A stretch of 64,000 bases of DNA from Eledone cirrhosa (Eukaryota), in the NCBI GenBank assembly GCA_964016885.1, contig OZ024741.1:65906001-65970000 (forward strand). Direction: 5' to 3'. Of the stretch, positions 24,167 through 38,835 are shown piece after piece (the stretch's first letter is position 1; each line of letters begins with the position of its first letter). Made by a program: the position numbers and the translations under genes. The notes under the pieces were generated by a model. It had not been told where the DNA came from. It did no database searches and worked only from the letters and a program-made list of their open reading frames with translations.

Positions 24167-24861
24167 TCATCATCATCATCATCATCGTTTAACGTCCATC
24201 TTCCACACTTGCATGGGTTTGGACTGGAGTTTTCCCACTTGAGGCAAGATTGGTTGTCTTGCTCGTATAGGACTGTCTGGCGGGTTTTCTACGGCTGGAT
24301 GCCCTTCCTAACACCAACCACGTTTACAGTGTGGACTGGGAGGTTTTTACCGTGTTACCTACACGGCCACATTACAGCGTGGACTGCGTGTTTTTTTTTT
24401 GAGACACCTACACGACCTCATTTATTTCGGACTGGATGTTGTGGTACCAACATAACTTTACATCGAAAGGGGTGGTGTGGATAGGGTGGGGGTAGTGGGG
24501 CAGTTGTGTATTTTTGTTAGAGGTGCCTACTGACTGTAGGTTTCGCTTTGTACTTAGGCAAGGCGGGTCTTCTGTATTACTGTGTAGCGCCAAAGATCTC
24601 GGTCCAGTGACATTGTCTTGGAGAGGTGTAAGTGTGTGAGGTCGGAATTTATCAAGTCGTCCCAGATTTTTCTGGGTCTGCCTACTCCGTGGCTACCGTC
24701 TATTTTTATCGCCCTGCACTTTTTTATACAGCTGTCGTCTTTCATGCGCATCACGTGACCATACCAACGTAGTCTTCTCTCGAGTAAACAACATCTGATT
24801 CCTCTTATTCCTAATTTCTCCCTTAGTTCATTTATGCTTTGCCGTTCACGTATATTACTAT
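24167..24861 (-). mobile_element. 5'-truncated RTE LINE
   Basis: RTE C-terminus, UTR and (GAT)n. TA repeats on both sides. Confidence 0.88.
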
Positions 24862-25338
24862 ACGTATATATATATATATTATATATATATATATATCATC
24901 ATCATCATCATCATCATCAACACTGTTTTATGTCCATTCTTCCATGCTAGCATGGGTTAGATGGGTTGTCCATATATATATAAATATGTATTTTGAATGC
25001 CAATGGCTTAATAGTTAGAGAACTGGATTCACAATTGTGAGTTTGATATCCGGACCACGTGAAGCATTACGTCCTTGAGCAAGACACTTTATTTCATGCT
25101 GCTCTTTTTGCCAGGAGTTGCAACCAGTAAATAGTAACAGCAATGGAGAGATTGTTTCCTTAGGCTGGTTTGACGAGTTCCACCCCACTCAGTAAGTGAA
25201 TGAAGTCTGAGATCTTGTCGATTAATTAATAAAATAATATATATATATATATATAGATAGATAGATATATATCTATATGCTAGCATGGAAAAATGGACAT
25301 TAAACAGTGCCGATGATACTAGCAGGGGAAATTATGCT

Positions 25339-25400
<62 letters not shown>

Positions 25401-27430
25401 GTGTGTGTGTGTGTACATGTATGTATGAAATAATAGAATGGGATAGTAGAAAAAAAATCAGTGCTAAAATGAAAATAGCTTGTGCTATTTCAACCCCTAT
25501 CAGCTGCCACCCATCACAGATAATTGATTTTGCCTTATATTATGCTTTGGGGTTGATAACAAAAGTAAGACAATTATAGCATATATTAGAAATATTGTGA
25601 ATATACTGTTGCATCATAGACCACTGTTAATAATGGGTTCTACTTTAGGCACAAAACTAGAGGAGGAGAAAGTCGACTAAATCAACCCCAGTACTCACTG
25701 TTGCTTTATTTTATTGACCTCGTAAGGATGAAAGGCAAAGTTAACCCCGGTGGGATATGAACTCGTAAAGGGCCCTAACTCTCTGCCACGAAGCATGGTG
25801 TCCGATGCTCTAATAATTGTTTCTAGCTTAGACAAAGAGCTAGCAATTTACAGGGAGGGGAAAATCGATTACATTGGCCCAGCACATGCTTGGTACTTTA
25901 CATTATCGACTACCAGAAAGGATGAAAGGCAAAGTTGATCTCAACAGGATTCAAACGCAGAATATAAAGGGACGTAACTAAACACCACAAAATATTTTGT
26001 ACAACTCGCTAATGATTCTGCCAATGATGGTTTCAGATTTAGGTACAAGGCCAACAAGTTTTGGAGGAGGGGAAAGTCGAATAACCCTTTAGCATTTCCA
26101 TTACTCTATATTTACTATTATATTTTCATGGTAAAGGCTTTATCTCACATAATATCAAAGCTATGAGATTTTGATATTATTTATTTTGAGAACAATACCT
26201 TAACATCTGTATGAGTGGCCGGTTATGGCTGGTTTGAACAGAAAGAGGTGAGAGAATTCTGGCTGGATACAACTGGTTTAAATGCTTAAGGGCTAAATCA
26301 ACCCCCCCGTGCGTTACTGGTATTTTATTTTATCAATCCCGTAAGGATGAAAGACATATATATATGTGTTATCTGAATTAGATCTCATTATCCCCTTTTC
26401 GTACACCACCCTCCTCACAGTCTCCCAGCTCCACTCACACTCCACATTCTCCCTCATCTTACTTTAAAAAAATATATATTCTTTACTCACTGCCCCACCC
26501 TCACTATCAAGTAACTCTGACTCAATGTTACAAACCAAAAAGGCAAGCAGTGAGATATGGCAAGCTGGAAGTTAGAAACACATGTATACATACACACGTG
26601 CACACATACAAACAGTCATGCACCCACACACATCTATACACACACAGATATCTTATTCTAGTAGAAAGATTTTCTATATATAGTTAAAAAAAATATGATA
26701 CATTCTCAAGGTGGTTCTCTTTGGGGTAAATTATATGATGGAATTTCGTCTTGGAAAAAAAAATAATTCTTCACATTACTATTCACTATACAAATCAATG
26801 TCTCTGAATAGAAAATCAACAACAAAAAAACTCTAAATAAATGTAAGGAAACTAGGAGCCTCATTGTAGTGGCTTAATATGCTAGAAATAGCAGCCAAAA
26901 CAACAAATCTATAACTGCAAAGCATCACAATCAGTTTCCTGGTTTTTAAATCTGCCTCGTTTATGATTTAGGCACAAGGTCAATAATTTTGAGGGAGGGT
27001 AATGTCAATTAAATTGGTCCCAGTACGTTACTGGTACTTTATTTTATTGATCTCGTAAGGATGAAAGGCAAAGCTAACCTCAACAGGATTTAAACTCAGA
27101 ACAGAGGGTCGTAACTATATGCCGCAAAGCATGTTGTCCAGCGCTCTACCAATGCTGCCAATCCACCTGCCTTGTTTAATAATGGCCTCTGAGAGATAGG
27201 CATGAAAGTCACTCAGTCCCATTTAAATGAAGTCAAGCCACCAAAACCACCACCACATTGTGTGATTTAGAAGACAGTTTCTCAACAATATAGTCCCAGG
27301 TTCAATTCCACCTTGGGTAACCACCTTGAGAACTTGTAAGGAGAATTTGGTAAGCTTGACATATGTGAGTGTGTTTATGAATATGTTTATGTAGTTATAT
27401 ATATGTTATCACGTTCTATGTTCCATTACT

Positions 27431-27865
27431 TACTCTCGGGTCCCAAATAATGGGGGGAGGGGGTAATAAGCAGCAGAGGAGTTGGAATAAGTGAGTGGGG
27501 TTTATTGGAAAATCGATACTTTTTCTAGGTTGTCTCCGTTGATTTTATTAAAAACCAGAATTAGTCATTTAGTTTACATATTCGGACCCCCAACCCATCC
27601 TATTTATCTTATAACTCATGGGATTTCTAGTAATGTACTTATTTTGGTCATGTATAATGTTTTTTAATATATAAAGAAAATTAATTGTTGCAGGATTGCT
27701 ATCACTTAAAATAAAATTTGGCCAGAGAGATAGAATAGCAAAATTTAATAAGCTGGGAAGTTGTAATAAGAGCAGTAGGGGAGGGTGGAGGAGGGGTTGA
27801 AAAAATCTGAAAAATTAATAAGGGTGGGGGCAACCCCCACCCTTATTATTCGTGACCTAATAGTA
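27431..27865. mobile_element. MITE with degenerate TIRs (pogo/Tc1-like)
   Basis: TACTCTCGGGTCCCAAATAATGGGGG versus CCCTTATTATTCGTGACCTAATAGTA. Confidence 0.5.
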
Positions 27866-28010
27866 GAGATTTGACAAATAAAGATTGGTTAAATAAGTAC
27901 CAGACTGAAATAACTACTAGTATCAATATGTTTGACTAAAACTCTTGAAGACAGTGACCCTACATGGCAGTAGTCTAATGACTTAAACCAGTAAAAGAAT
28001 ATATTTATAT

Positions 28011-29264
28011 CCATGGGAATTCCTATATGCGGATGATCTCGCACTTATAGCTGAATCTATGGTGGAACTAGAGAAGAAATTCCAAACCTGGAAGCAGGGA
28101 CTAGAAAGAAAGGGTCTGAAAGTCAACCTGACAAAGACTAAGGTCCTTGTAAGTAGACGAGAAAACAGAACCCAGATCCCCTCAGGGAAATGGCCTTCCT
28201 CAGTATGTAGGAAAGGTGTAGGTAGGAACTCCATCCTCTGCCCCAAATGCAAACAATGGGTACACAAGAGATGTAGTGGGATCTCAGGAAGCTTAACTAA
28301 GAATGTAGGCTTTATATGTAGCACCTGCACCGGGACAGCAAGCAGCAAACGGCCACAGGAAACAAGCTCTATCAAACTCTGGGAGGCCTCTGTAGAAACA
28401 GTAGACAGCTTCTGCTACCTAGGTGACCGAATTAGCAGCGGAGGTGGGTGTTCGGAAAATACAATAACTAGGGTAAGAACTGCTAGCTGCAAAAGGCTTT
28501 TCCCTCAAAACGAAAGGCAGACTGTATGATGCGTGTATACAAACAGCAATGTTACATGGTAGTGAGACCTGGGCGCTGTCTGTAGAAGACTTGCGTAGAT
28601 TAGAAAGAAACGAAGCCTGCATGTGCCGATGGATGTGTAATAGTAATATACGCGAACTGCAAAGCATAAACGAATTGGGAGAAAGACTGAGCATAAGAGG
28701 AATCAAATGCTGCGTGCAGGAGAGGAGATTGTGTTGGTATGGACATGTGATGCGTATGAAGAATGCATAAAAAGGTGCAAAGCACTAGAAGTCGATGGAA
28801 GCAGCAGAGTGGGGAGACCCAAGAAGACCCGGGATGAGGTGATAAAAGCCGACCTTACCCAATTGCACCTCTCAAGGTCGATGACACAGGACCGTGACCT
28901 CTGGCGTCACGCAGTAATACAGAAGACCCGACTTCCCACGGGGACAAACTGAAGCTGAAGCATATAGACAATATGCCCCCCTCACTGCAAAGTGGTCGTG
29001 GAGGTGCCACGGCAAAAAAGCACCCAGCCCACATTGTAAAGTGGATGTGTAGGCGCCACGGAAAAAAAGCACCCAGCTGTCACTGTAAATGAGGTTGGTG
29101 TTAGGAAGGGCAGCCAGCTGTAGAACTGAAGCCAGAATCAATTCCCGTATGAGCAAGACAAGGTCAGCCGAATGGACACTGCCCACAACAGGACAACCCG
29201 TCTAACCCATGCTAGCGTGGAAGAACGGACGTAAAACGGTGATGATGATGATGATGATGATGAT
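28011..29264 (+). mobile_element. 5'-truncated, frameshifted RTE LINE
   Basis: PWEFLYADDL, PHD-like motif, FCYLG, UTR and (GAT)n. Confidence 0.9.
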
Positions 29265-29568
29265 GTATGTGTATGTTTTGGTATGGAGGAAAAGCCCACA
29301 GTATTAAATGTAGATTTTTTCCCCTAAACCCTCACACTCAGTAAAAGTGTTGATGAAGCACGTTTAAGTTTTTATACCAATAAACAAACTATCTGCCTGA
29401 GTGTGAGATTATACATGTGTGAAACTGTGTATGAGAGAGAGAAGGAGAAAGAGAGATTATGTGTGTGTGTGTGAGAGACTGTGTATGTGTGTGTCTGTGT
29501 GTGACTGTGTGTGACAGTGTGTGTGTGTCTGTGTGACTGTATGTGTGAGTTTGTATGAGACTGTGTAT

Positions 29569-29601
<33 letters not shown>

Positions 29602-29672
29602 CTATGTTTGTGTGAGAGAGGGAGACTGTGTGTGTGTGTGTGACTATATGTGTGTGTGAGTTTATGTGAGAC

Positions 29673-29711
<39 letters not shown>

Positions 29712-29939
29712 AACTCTATGTGAGTTTATGAGACAGTGTGTGTGTAAGAGAGACTCTATGTGAGTTTGTGTCTGAGAGAGAGGAAGAGAGAGAGAGATAC
29801 TTGTTTTGTCCATCAGATGCTTAATAATCTGAACATAAATATACAATGCATGGAACATTTATTTTATTTAAAACACATGACACAAGCCATTTTAAACCTC
29901 CAACTAATACAACTTATAGCACTATTTGTGAGAGAGAGT

Positions 29940-30587
29940 ATCATCATCATCATCATCATCATCATCATCGTTTAACGTCCATGTTCCACGCTTGCATGGG
30001 TTTGGACGGGGGTAGTCCCACTTGAGGCAAGAGTGATTGTCTTGCTCGCATAGGACTGTCTGGCAGGTTTTCTACAGTTGGATGCCCTTCTTAACACCAA
30101 CCACATTTACAGTGTGGGTCTGGGAGGTTTTTACCGTGTTGCCTACACGGCCACATTACAGCGTGGACTGTGTGTTTTTTTGTCGTGACACCTACACGAT
30201 CTCATTTGTTTCGGCCTGGATGGTGTGGCACCAACATAACTTTACATAGAACGGGGTGGTGTGGATGGGACGGGGGGGGGGGGGGGTATTTTGTTAGAGA
30301 TGCCTACTGGCTGTAGTAGGTTTTACTATGTATTTAGGTAAGGCGGGTCTTCTCTGTTACTGCGTACCGCCAAAGGTCTCGGTCCAGTGACATTGTCTTG
30401 GAGAGGTGTAAGTGTGTGAGGTCGGAGTTTATCAGCTCGTCCCAGGTTTTTCTAGGTCTGCCTATTCCGTGGCTACCGTCTATCTTTATTGCCCTGCACT
30501 TTGTTATAGAGCTATCGACTTTCATGCGCATCACGTGTCCATACCAACGTAGCCTTCTCTCGAGTAAACAACATCTGATCCCTCTTA
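29940..30587 (-). mobile_element. 5'-truncated RTE LINE
   Basis: Nearly identical to the 3' end of 11111-14032. Confidence 0.9.
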
Positions 30588-30692
30588 TTTATAGTATATA
30601 AATATATATATATATAGTATATATATATATATAGTATATATATATATATAGTATATATATATATATATATAGTATATATATATATATATATA

Positions 30693-30747
<55 letters not shown>

Positions 30748-31651
30748 CTGAGTCATAAGTAACTGGTCAGTCCAACATTTATATTCCAAATATATATGCA
30801 ATTAAGATGACCGATTGACCTAATCCATAATAAAAAACACTTGGAAAATCAAAGCCAACCTCGAACCAAAACCAGATATAAACGTAACACCTATACCTGA
30901 CCTCCTACACCTTCGATAGCACTCAAGGACAATCTAGAATATACATGTTCTTCCCATATCATCCCTGTTTCCCATTAAACCAACTACTGGCCTGCATCCC
31001 TATTTCTCGTTAAACCAGCCACCAAAATGACTCATACACTGTTCACTTTCCTGACATTTGTACATTATTCTATGTACTTAATTGCTGGCCTTGTGCCAAA
31101 AGTAGAAACAATTATTCTACGTACTATACATGCACCTTTGACGAGTTGTAGTGTACCCGAGTACTGGATACAATAATTTCATTATTATTATCATTATTAT
31201 TAACCGCTATTTTGGGGAAAGACATGTTATCAAGTTGCCGCCATCATATTATGTAGTTTCTGCATAATAATAATTTTAAAAATCATTATCTTCAGTGACC
31301 ATGGACCCATTGCATAATTGGCCATGCTCTGACTACCCCTTTATGAATGTCTCCTGAACTATAACCCCCCACTTCATCCAAACAAGAAGGATCACTAACC
31401 CAGAGCACAATTCACTATCAACTTGACATCAAACTGATGCAGACTGAAATCGAACAGAAAACACAAAATATTAACCCTTTAGCATTTATATTACCCTACT
31501 ATTGTATTTTCACGGTAAAGGTTTTACCTCACATAATATCAAATCTACAAGATTTTGATGTTATTTATTTTGAGAACAATACCTTAACATCAGTATGAGT
31601 GGCCGGTTATGGCTGGTTTGAACAGAAAGTTTAAATGGTAAAGAGTTAAAG

Positions 31652-32096
31652 CAGAGGTTCTCAAAGTGAGCGCTACCGTCCCTCAGGGGGCATTGAGAAG
31701 GTCAGGGGGGCTCCGGGGCCTAAGGGGGTGGTAGAGATTATATAATAAAATCAGTTCTGTATGAGCAAGATATGGTCACCTGACATGGCACTGCCTACAA
31801 CAGGACAACCGATCTAATCCATGCTAGCATGAAAGACTGCACATAAAACTGTGATGATGATGATGATTAACTATCAAATGATACATTTATATAAATATAG
31901 TAAAATAAAAAAATATATAATATTTATTTATACATAGTATATATTTATTTTAGTTATTATATATAAATTAATGATTTTATTTATTATATATTATTTACAA
32001 TTTGTGTGTAGGTAGGTCTCTCTGGAAATAGGGTTGGGGAGCACTGTGAGTATTACATCATGAGGGGGTGGAGCCCCAAAAATTCAAGAACCTCTG
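31652..32096. mobile_element. hAT-type MITE interrupted by an RTE UTR fragment
   Basis: TIR CAGAGGTTCT/AGAACCTCTG and 8-bp TSD AGTTAAAG/GGTTAAAG. Confidence 0.7.
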
Positions 32097-34544
32097 GGTT
32101 AAAGGAACAACAAGCTATATTAACGTGAAAATAACTGAACTATTATCTAGATAAATGAAACTAATCCAAACAGATAAAATACTACTTAAATATACTATAT
32201 CAAAATGCTATATTTACACACAAAACCTCAAACAATAATATATATGCCTAAGTAAACAAGATTAAATTTTATATACAAAACAGACTTAATGGAACTGTTA
32301 AGTAAAAACATTTTTATTTTACCATAACAACACCTCGTATACTTATATATATTTATACTTGCCAATCTTACTGAGCTTGCACAATTTATAGTAGAGAACC
32401 ATTACATCACATAATGGATTGATAAAACTGTTAGAATTTCAGACAAAATGTTGACTTTATTTAGTTATATTCTAAGTATAAATCTTGTTAATCCTTTAGC
32501 ATTTACTTACTCTATATTTACTATTGTATTTTCACATAATATTGAATCTACGAGATTTTGATATTATTTCATTTGAGAACAATACCTTAACATAAGTATG
32601 AACAGCCGGTTATGGCCGGTTTGAACAGAAAGAAGTGAGAGAATTGTGGCCGGATACAGCTGGTTTAAATGCAAAAGGTTGAAGTAAACTTTGTGCCCCA
32701 TCTTTCTAAGGTGGTAAAATATTACAGTATTAGTCAAGTACTAGAATCAATTTAACTATTTTGTTACCATATTTCTAACCACACATACACTGAATTTCAA
32801 TTAATTAATGAAGAATTTAGAAGGAGTTTTACTAAAATTATTAATGATGGTATTATTAAGATGGTATTTGTAACAACATTTTTTTATTTTTATATAAAAT
32901 TATGTTAGAAAGTTTTAATTAAAATAGGAACCTTTTAAAATGGATAAAGTGGTAGTGCTGGTGCTATGTCAAAAAGCACTCAGTACATTCTGTAATGTGG
33001 TAGTGCTAATGACATGATTAAAAGCACACTGTCCACACTATAAAGTGGTAGTGCTAGGATCACAACAAAAAGCAAACAATCCACTCTGTTAGGTGATAAT
33101 GCTGGTACCACAAAAAATGCCCCTAGTACACGGAAATGGTTAACATTAGGAAGGGCATCCAACCATAGAAACTATGTCAAAAATGGAATGTATTAGCATG
33201 ATGTGGTCACCTGACCAGTTGAACCTCAGTACCTGACACCCCATCTAATCCATGCTAGCATGGAAAATAGACATTAAACGGTGATGTTGATGAAAACCAG
33301 AACAGGTCTTGGTTGGGTTGGTATCAAAAGGGTTAATATTCCTACAAAGCATCCTAGAGATGAATGAAATTATAATGATTTCTGATTTAGGTACAAGGCC
33401 AACAATTTGGGGGAAGGGAAAGTTGATTAAATCGACAAACAGTGCATTACTGGTACTTTGTTTCATCAACCCTGCAAGGATGAAAGGTAAAGAAGACCTT
33501 ATGAGAACTTACAGGTGGCCTGAGCCTATTGAAAGTTGAATTGACCTGAAAATTACTGAAGCCATTTACAAAATTATTAAATTCATAGCTAATCCCTATA
33601 CAGGTATAGCTGGCCTTCTACAAGACTGTATCTCATAGAAGATTTCTCAGGTGTTCTAACCCTTTTCTGAATATATTTCTAATGAAATACCTTTCTATTT
33701 CAATTAATTAATGAAGTATTTTGAGGGATTTACTAAAGTTATTAATTATTTCATTACTAAAATAGTAACTTAACCTATGGTACCTATATAAAATAATATT
33801 GGAAGATTTTAATTTAAATAGGAATCCTTTAAAATGGGTGGTATTGTTTCAAAGAAACAATACCACCCATGGCTAAGTTGGTATCAAATAGCATAAAAAC
33901 CAATGTGAATTGAAGCACCTTGCTCAAGAACACAATGTACCGCCCAAGTCTAGAAATCGAACCCTCGGCATGGTTGTGAGTCTAACATACTAACTACAAA
34001 GCCACAATTATTCTCTTCTCTCTTCATCCCCACCCTACATAAATGCATAGTACACATATGCATGTGCTTTCTCTCTTTCTCTTTCTCACACATACACATT
34101 GTCTGTCTGTCCCTCTATCTCTCGCTTTCTCTCTCATGTACACACATACACACACACACACACATGCACTCACTCACTATCTCTCTCTGGTGATCTCCCT
34201 TTAAGATTAAAATACTGAATGGTTAATCTCCATGTGAAACATTCCAGGTAAGAGAGTTAAGCCAGTAGTGGGATGTCTGGTTAAGTTGGCAGCTTAGCAA
34301 AGTAAAGAAACCTTACTTTGAACAGTGCAACAGCATGTGTGCATGCGCGCGTGTGTGTGTGTGTGTGACTATGAGAGGGAGGGGGCAGTCATTACATAGC
34401 TACTGACTGACATAATCAGATTAAGAAAGGCTAATATTGACTCACAGCCAGATTGAGGAGGTCACTTGACCTTCTAGTTTAAGCAATAAGTAAATAATAA
34501 CAACAATAACAATAACAACAACAACAACAATGATAATAATAATT

Positions 34545-35155
34545 GTTTCTACAATAGGCACAAGGCCAACAATTATCCCAGTGTATTACTGGTACTTTAT
34601 TTTATCGACCCCATAAGGATGAAAGGCAAAGTTAACCTCAACGGGATTTGAACTCAGAATGGCAAGGGCCGTAACTCTATGCGTCAAAGCATGGCATCCG
34701 ACTCTCTACCGATACTGCCAATCCACCACATGTTAATAATAATGATTTCTAATATAGGAACAAGGCCAGCAATTTTGGGGGAGGGAAAAGTCAATTGAAT
34801 CAACTCCAGTGTATTACAGGTACTTTATTTTATCGACTCCTGTAAGGATGAAAGACAAAGCTAACCTAGGCGGGATTTGAACTCAGAACGTAAAGGAACG
34901 TAACTATGCTGCGAAGCATGGTGTCTGACGCTCTACTGATTCAGCCAATCCACCACCCTTTAAATAATAATTGTTTCTACTTTTTGACACAAGGCCAGCA
35001 ATTACCCAGTGCATTACTGGTACTTTATTTTATCGATCCCGTAAGGATGAAAGGCAAAGTTAACCTCAGCGGGATTTGAACTCAGTCCGTAAAGGGGCGT
35101 AACTATGCGTCAAAGCATGGCGTCCGACCCTCTACCGATACTGCCAATCCACCGA
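34545..35155 (-). mobile_element. Three consecutive same-orientation Meta-like SINEs
   Basis: Copies at ~34545-34730, 34745-34955 and 34970-35155, separated by (AAT)n. Confidence 0.8.
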
Positions 35156-35244
35156 TAATAATGATTTCATTTATTGGCCACAAGGGCCGAATGAATAATA
35201 ATAATAATAAATATAAATAATTATAATAATAATAATAATAATAC

Positions 35245-36991
35245 TTTCTTTATTAACCACAAGGGTTTACATAAAGTAGACATTAAGGACAGTACAGGAC
35301 AATACAGGACGGTACCAATGGGCATTTCTGCGTGTAAAAAAACAAAAACAGGGGATGTAATAAAAATAACAATGAAAGATTCCCCAATGGGGGGAGACTT
35401 CGGAGGGACATTTGTGGAGAAAGCCCATTAAAAGGCCACAGTGACCCTGACAACCAGGGCAAGTGCCCTCTCCCAGTTTTCCACCTTTAATTTACAGACA
35501 CATACTCAGAGTAGGCCCATTCACTCGGGCCATACTTGCTTCTCTCACCCATCTTTCAACAAAATGCTGGGAAGAGAGCACTTCCCTCTCTACCCTGATT
35601 TTCCTTTTCAAATGAAATTTGAAAAAGTTAATCAGGGCATCACCGAAGAGGTAAGTGCTCGTCTTCAGCCCTTTCAAAACGTGTCCACCATACTATCTCT
35701 TTCGCCATGGCCACCAGACAGATAAAAACTGCCTGCCCTTCCCGGATAAAGGAAGAGAGTGGGGCAATCCTCACGATGGACTCAGCTGATAGCCGGATCC
35801 GTTCTACACGCGACAGCAGGTGTTCGACATAAACCCACAAGTCAGCAATGCTCGGACACTGGACGAGTGCATGCAGGACGGTTTCGTCGCCCTGCGCATA
35901 TCTCGGACATGCCCAGCTGACGGGACCTCCATGCCTGTAGAGTTTATCCCAAACTGGCAAAGCTCCTCGGTAACACTGCCAGGCCAGGGATTTCTGGAAG
36001 TTGTCCATAGGCCCTGGCCCGAAAGTTCTTCCAAAGAGATTGGCTAGTTGATTTTCGTCGACGCCTAGAGCTTCCCCAAGTACATCATCGCTCTTCCCCT
36101 CCACTAATCCTCTATAGAACGCCAAGGTGGAGTTTCCACCGATCACAGTGCCCGATTGTTCGAGGGCTGTGAGCGCCTGCAGTCCTGGGGCAAGCGCTCC
36201 CTCTCGGCCTTCGCTTGACTCAGGACTGCAGCTCCGTCAAGGAGACGAGCTGGGGAAAGACGCGTCTAGCAAACGGCGACCACACCTGATCACCGTCGAG
36301 GAAGAGGTGGAGATGTCGTAGCCTGAGCGCGTGTCTGTGCATCATTAGCCACGGCATGCCCAGCCCTCCACGTAGCGGGTGTTGACAGCAGATGGACCGC
36401 CTGACCATCGGAGCGCATCCCTTCCACAAAAAACGAAAGAGAAAACGCTCCAGCACAGTCAGGCGAGGCTTAGGACAAGGCACGACGGTCAGGCGGTAGT
36501 AGATGACGGACGTGATGTACGTGTTAGCCACCTCCACTCGACCTTTCAGGGATAGCTTCCTCTCCGCCCATTTCTGGGTGAGAGAAGCCACCCTGCTCGT
36601 CACCTCGTTCCAGTTTTTGTCCGTCTGGAGGTCCGGACCAAACCAGACCCCTAGCAATTTAACCGGTCCGTCCGTCCAGCGCCTGACGACGCCGTTGGAC
36701 GGCATGGACCTGCCTCTCCAGGTGCCGAACTGCAGGCCCACTGAATTTTCTTGGTTGATCATTGCTCCTGTCACCGCTTCGTATTCTCTTAGTGTAGTGC
36801 CAATCGCCTCGATGTGTTTGGCGTTCAACACCACTATGGTGACATCGTCCGCATATGCTGACACGGATCTTCCGCATCCTAGTTCGCGCGGGACCCCCCC
36901 CCCCCCTCAACATCTCCAGTTTGTGCAGTAATGGCTCGAGAGTCAATACATACAAGAGGGACGAGAGGGGACATCCTTGGCAGACCGAGCC
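35245..36991 (-). mobile_element. 5'-truncated, frameshifted L1/Tx1-like LINE
   Basis: RT motifs QGCPLSSLLYVLTLEPL, SAYADDVT, VKLLGVWF, W..RKLSLKGRV and GGLG. C-terminal zinc-knuckle-like CPR..ETVLHALVQC. GC-rich island bounded by (AAT)n. Confidence 0.88.
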
Positions 36992-37404
36992 AATAATAAT
37001 GGATACTGATTTCATAATAATTGTTTATACTTTAGGAAGAAGAGTAGTAATTTGGTGGGGGAGAGGATTTTGATTCAATCACCTCAATATCTAACTGGTA
37101 CGTTATTCTATAGTCCCCTGGAATGATAAAAAGCGAAGTTGACCTTGGACATTTTTATTATTATCTGGGTGTAGGAGAGTGGTAGATTAGCAGTATCAGT
37201 AAAGCATTGCACACCATGCTTCGCGGCATAGAGTTACCTCCCTTTACGTTTTAAGTTCAAATCTCATTGAGGTTAACTTAACCTTTCATCCTTACAGGAT
37301 CGATAAAATAAAGTACCAGTAACACCCTGGGGTCGATTTAATTGACTTTCTGTTTCCCCCTCAAGATTGCTGGGATTGTGCCTAAATCAGAAACCATTAT
37401 CCCG

Positions 37405-37612
37405 CCGAGGTTGATAAAATAAAGTACCAGTAATGCACTGGGGTTGATAAAATAAAGTACCAGTAGTGCACTGGGGTTGGTAAAATAAAGTACAAGTAAT
37501 GCACTGGGATTGATAAAATAAAGTACCAGTAATGCACTGGGGTTGGTAAAATAAAGTACAAGTAATGCACTGAAGTCGATAAAATAAAGTATCAGTAATG
37601 CACTGGAGTCGA
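37405..37612 (+). repeat. 33-bp minisatellite (~6 copies) amplified from the SINE core
   Basis: GGGTTGATAAAATAAAGTACCAGTAATGCACTG repeated. Confidence 0.85.
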
Positions 37613-38252
37613 TTTAATTGACTTTCCCTTTCCCCCAAAATTGCTGGCCTTGTGCCTAAATCAGAAACCAATATTTGTGTGCAAAGCAGTAGATTGGCAG
37701 AATCATGAGAGCATCAGATACCCAATGCCTTGAGGTATTTGTTCTGACACTTTATGACCTGAGTTAAAATCATACTGAGCTCAACTTTGCCTTTTATCTG
37801 GGGTTGATTTGATTAATGGACCCTTTACTCTAAGGTTGCTAGCTTGTAGCAATGTTAGGAACCACCACCACAATGATTATCCTGCTGCTGATGATGGTGA
37901 TAATAATGATAATTTCTTATATTGGCTTACAGCCACACATTTGCATGGGAGGCAAGTAACCAATTAAATCAATCCCAGTACTTATACAATTGACCTTGGA
38001 ATTATGAAAACAAAGATGACCTTCACAGAAATTGAACTCAGAATGTAAAGGGATATAACTAAAGAGATCTTTACTTTATTGTCATACTACCAACCACTAT
38101 TATTACCTTTAGAGCTCTAAAGTTCCTCTGCTAGGCACAAGCCAGGACAAGGTGTTTTGTAGAAGACAAACACTCACTCATGCATTTGTCTCCTTTCTTT
38201 GCACCACAGATGCTGTACAAGGAAAAGGCACCACCACAATAATAACAACAAC

Positions 38253-38284
<32 letters not shown>

Positions 38285-38285
<1 letters not shown>

Positions 38286-38835
38286 TTAACGTCTATCTTC
38301 CATGCTAGCATGGGTTAGACGGGTTTGTCCCATTTGAGACTTATTGGGTCGGATGACTATGTCTCGCTCATATAGGACTGTTTCTGGCTGGTTTTCTACA
38401 GCTGGATGCCCTTCCTAATGGCAACCACATTTACAGTGTGTGTTGGGTGCTTCTTGTTGTGACACCCACATGGCCACTTTACAGTGTGGGCTGGGTGCTT
38501 CTTGTTGTGACACCACATGGCCATTTACCAGTGTGGGCTGGGTGCTTCTTGTTGTGACACCCACATGGCCACTTTACAGTGTGGGCTGGGTGCTTCTTGT
38601 TGTGACACCCACATGGCCACTTTACAGTGTGGGCTGGGTGCTTCTTGTTGTGACACCCACATGGCCACTTTACAGTGTGGGCTGGGTGCTTCTTGTTGTG
38701 ACACCCACATGGCCACTTTACAGTGTGGGCTGGGTGCTTCTTGTTGTGACACCTACACAACCACTTTACAGTGAAGGCTGAGTGCTTCTTGTTGTGACAC
38801 CTACACAACCACTTTACAGTGTGGGCTGGGTGTTT
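38285..38835 (-). repeat. RTE 3' UTR with an expanded 41-bp minisatellite (~9-10 copies)
   Basis: CCACTTTACAGTGTGGGCTGGGTGCTTCTTGTTGTGACACCCACATGG-type units. The same unit occurs in 2-4 copies in the other RTE UTRs. Confidence 0.85.
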
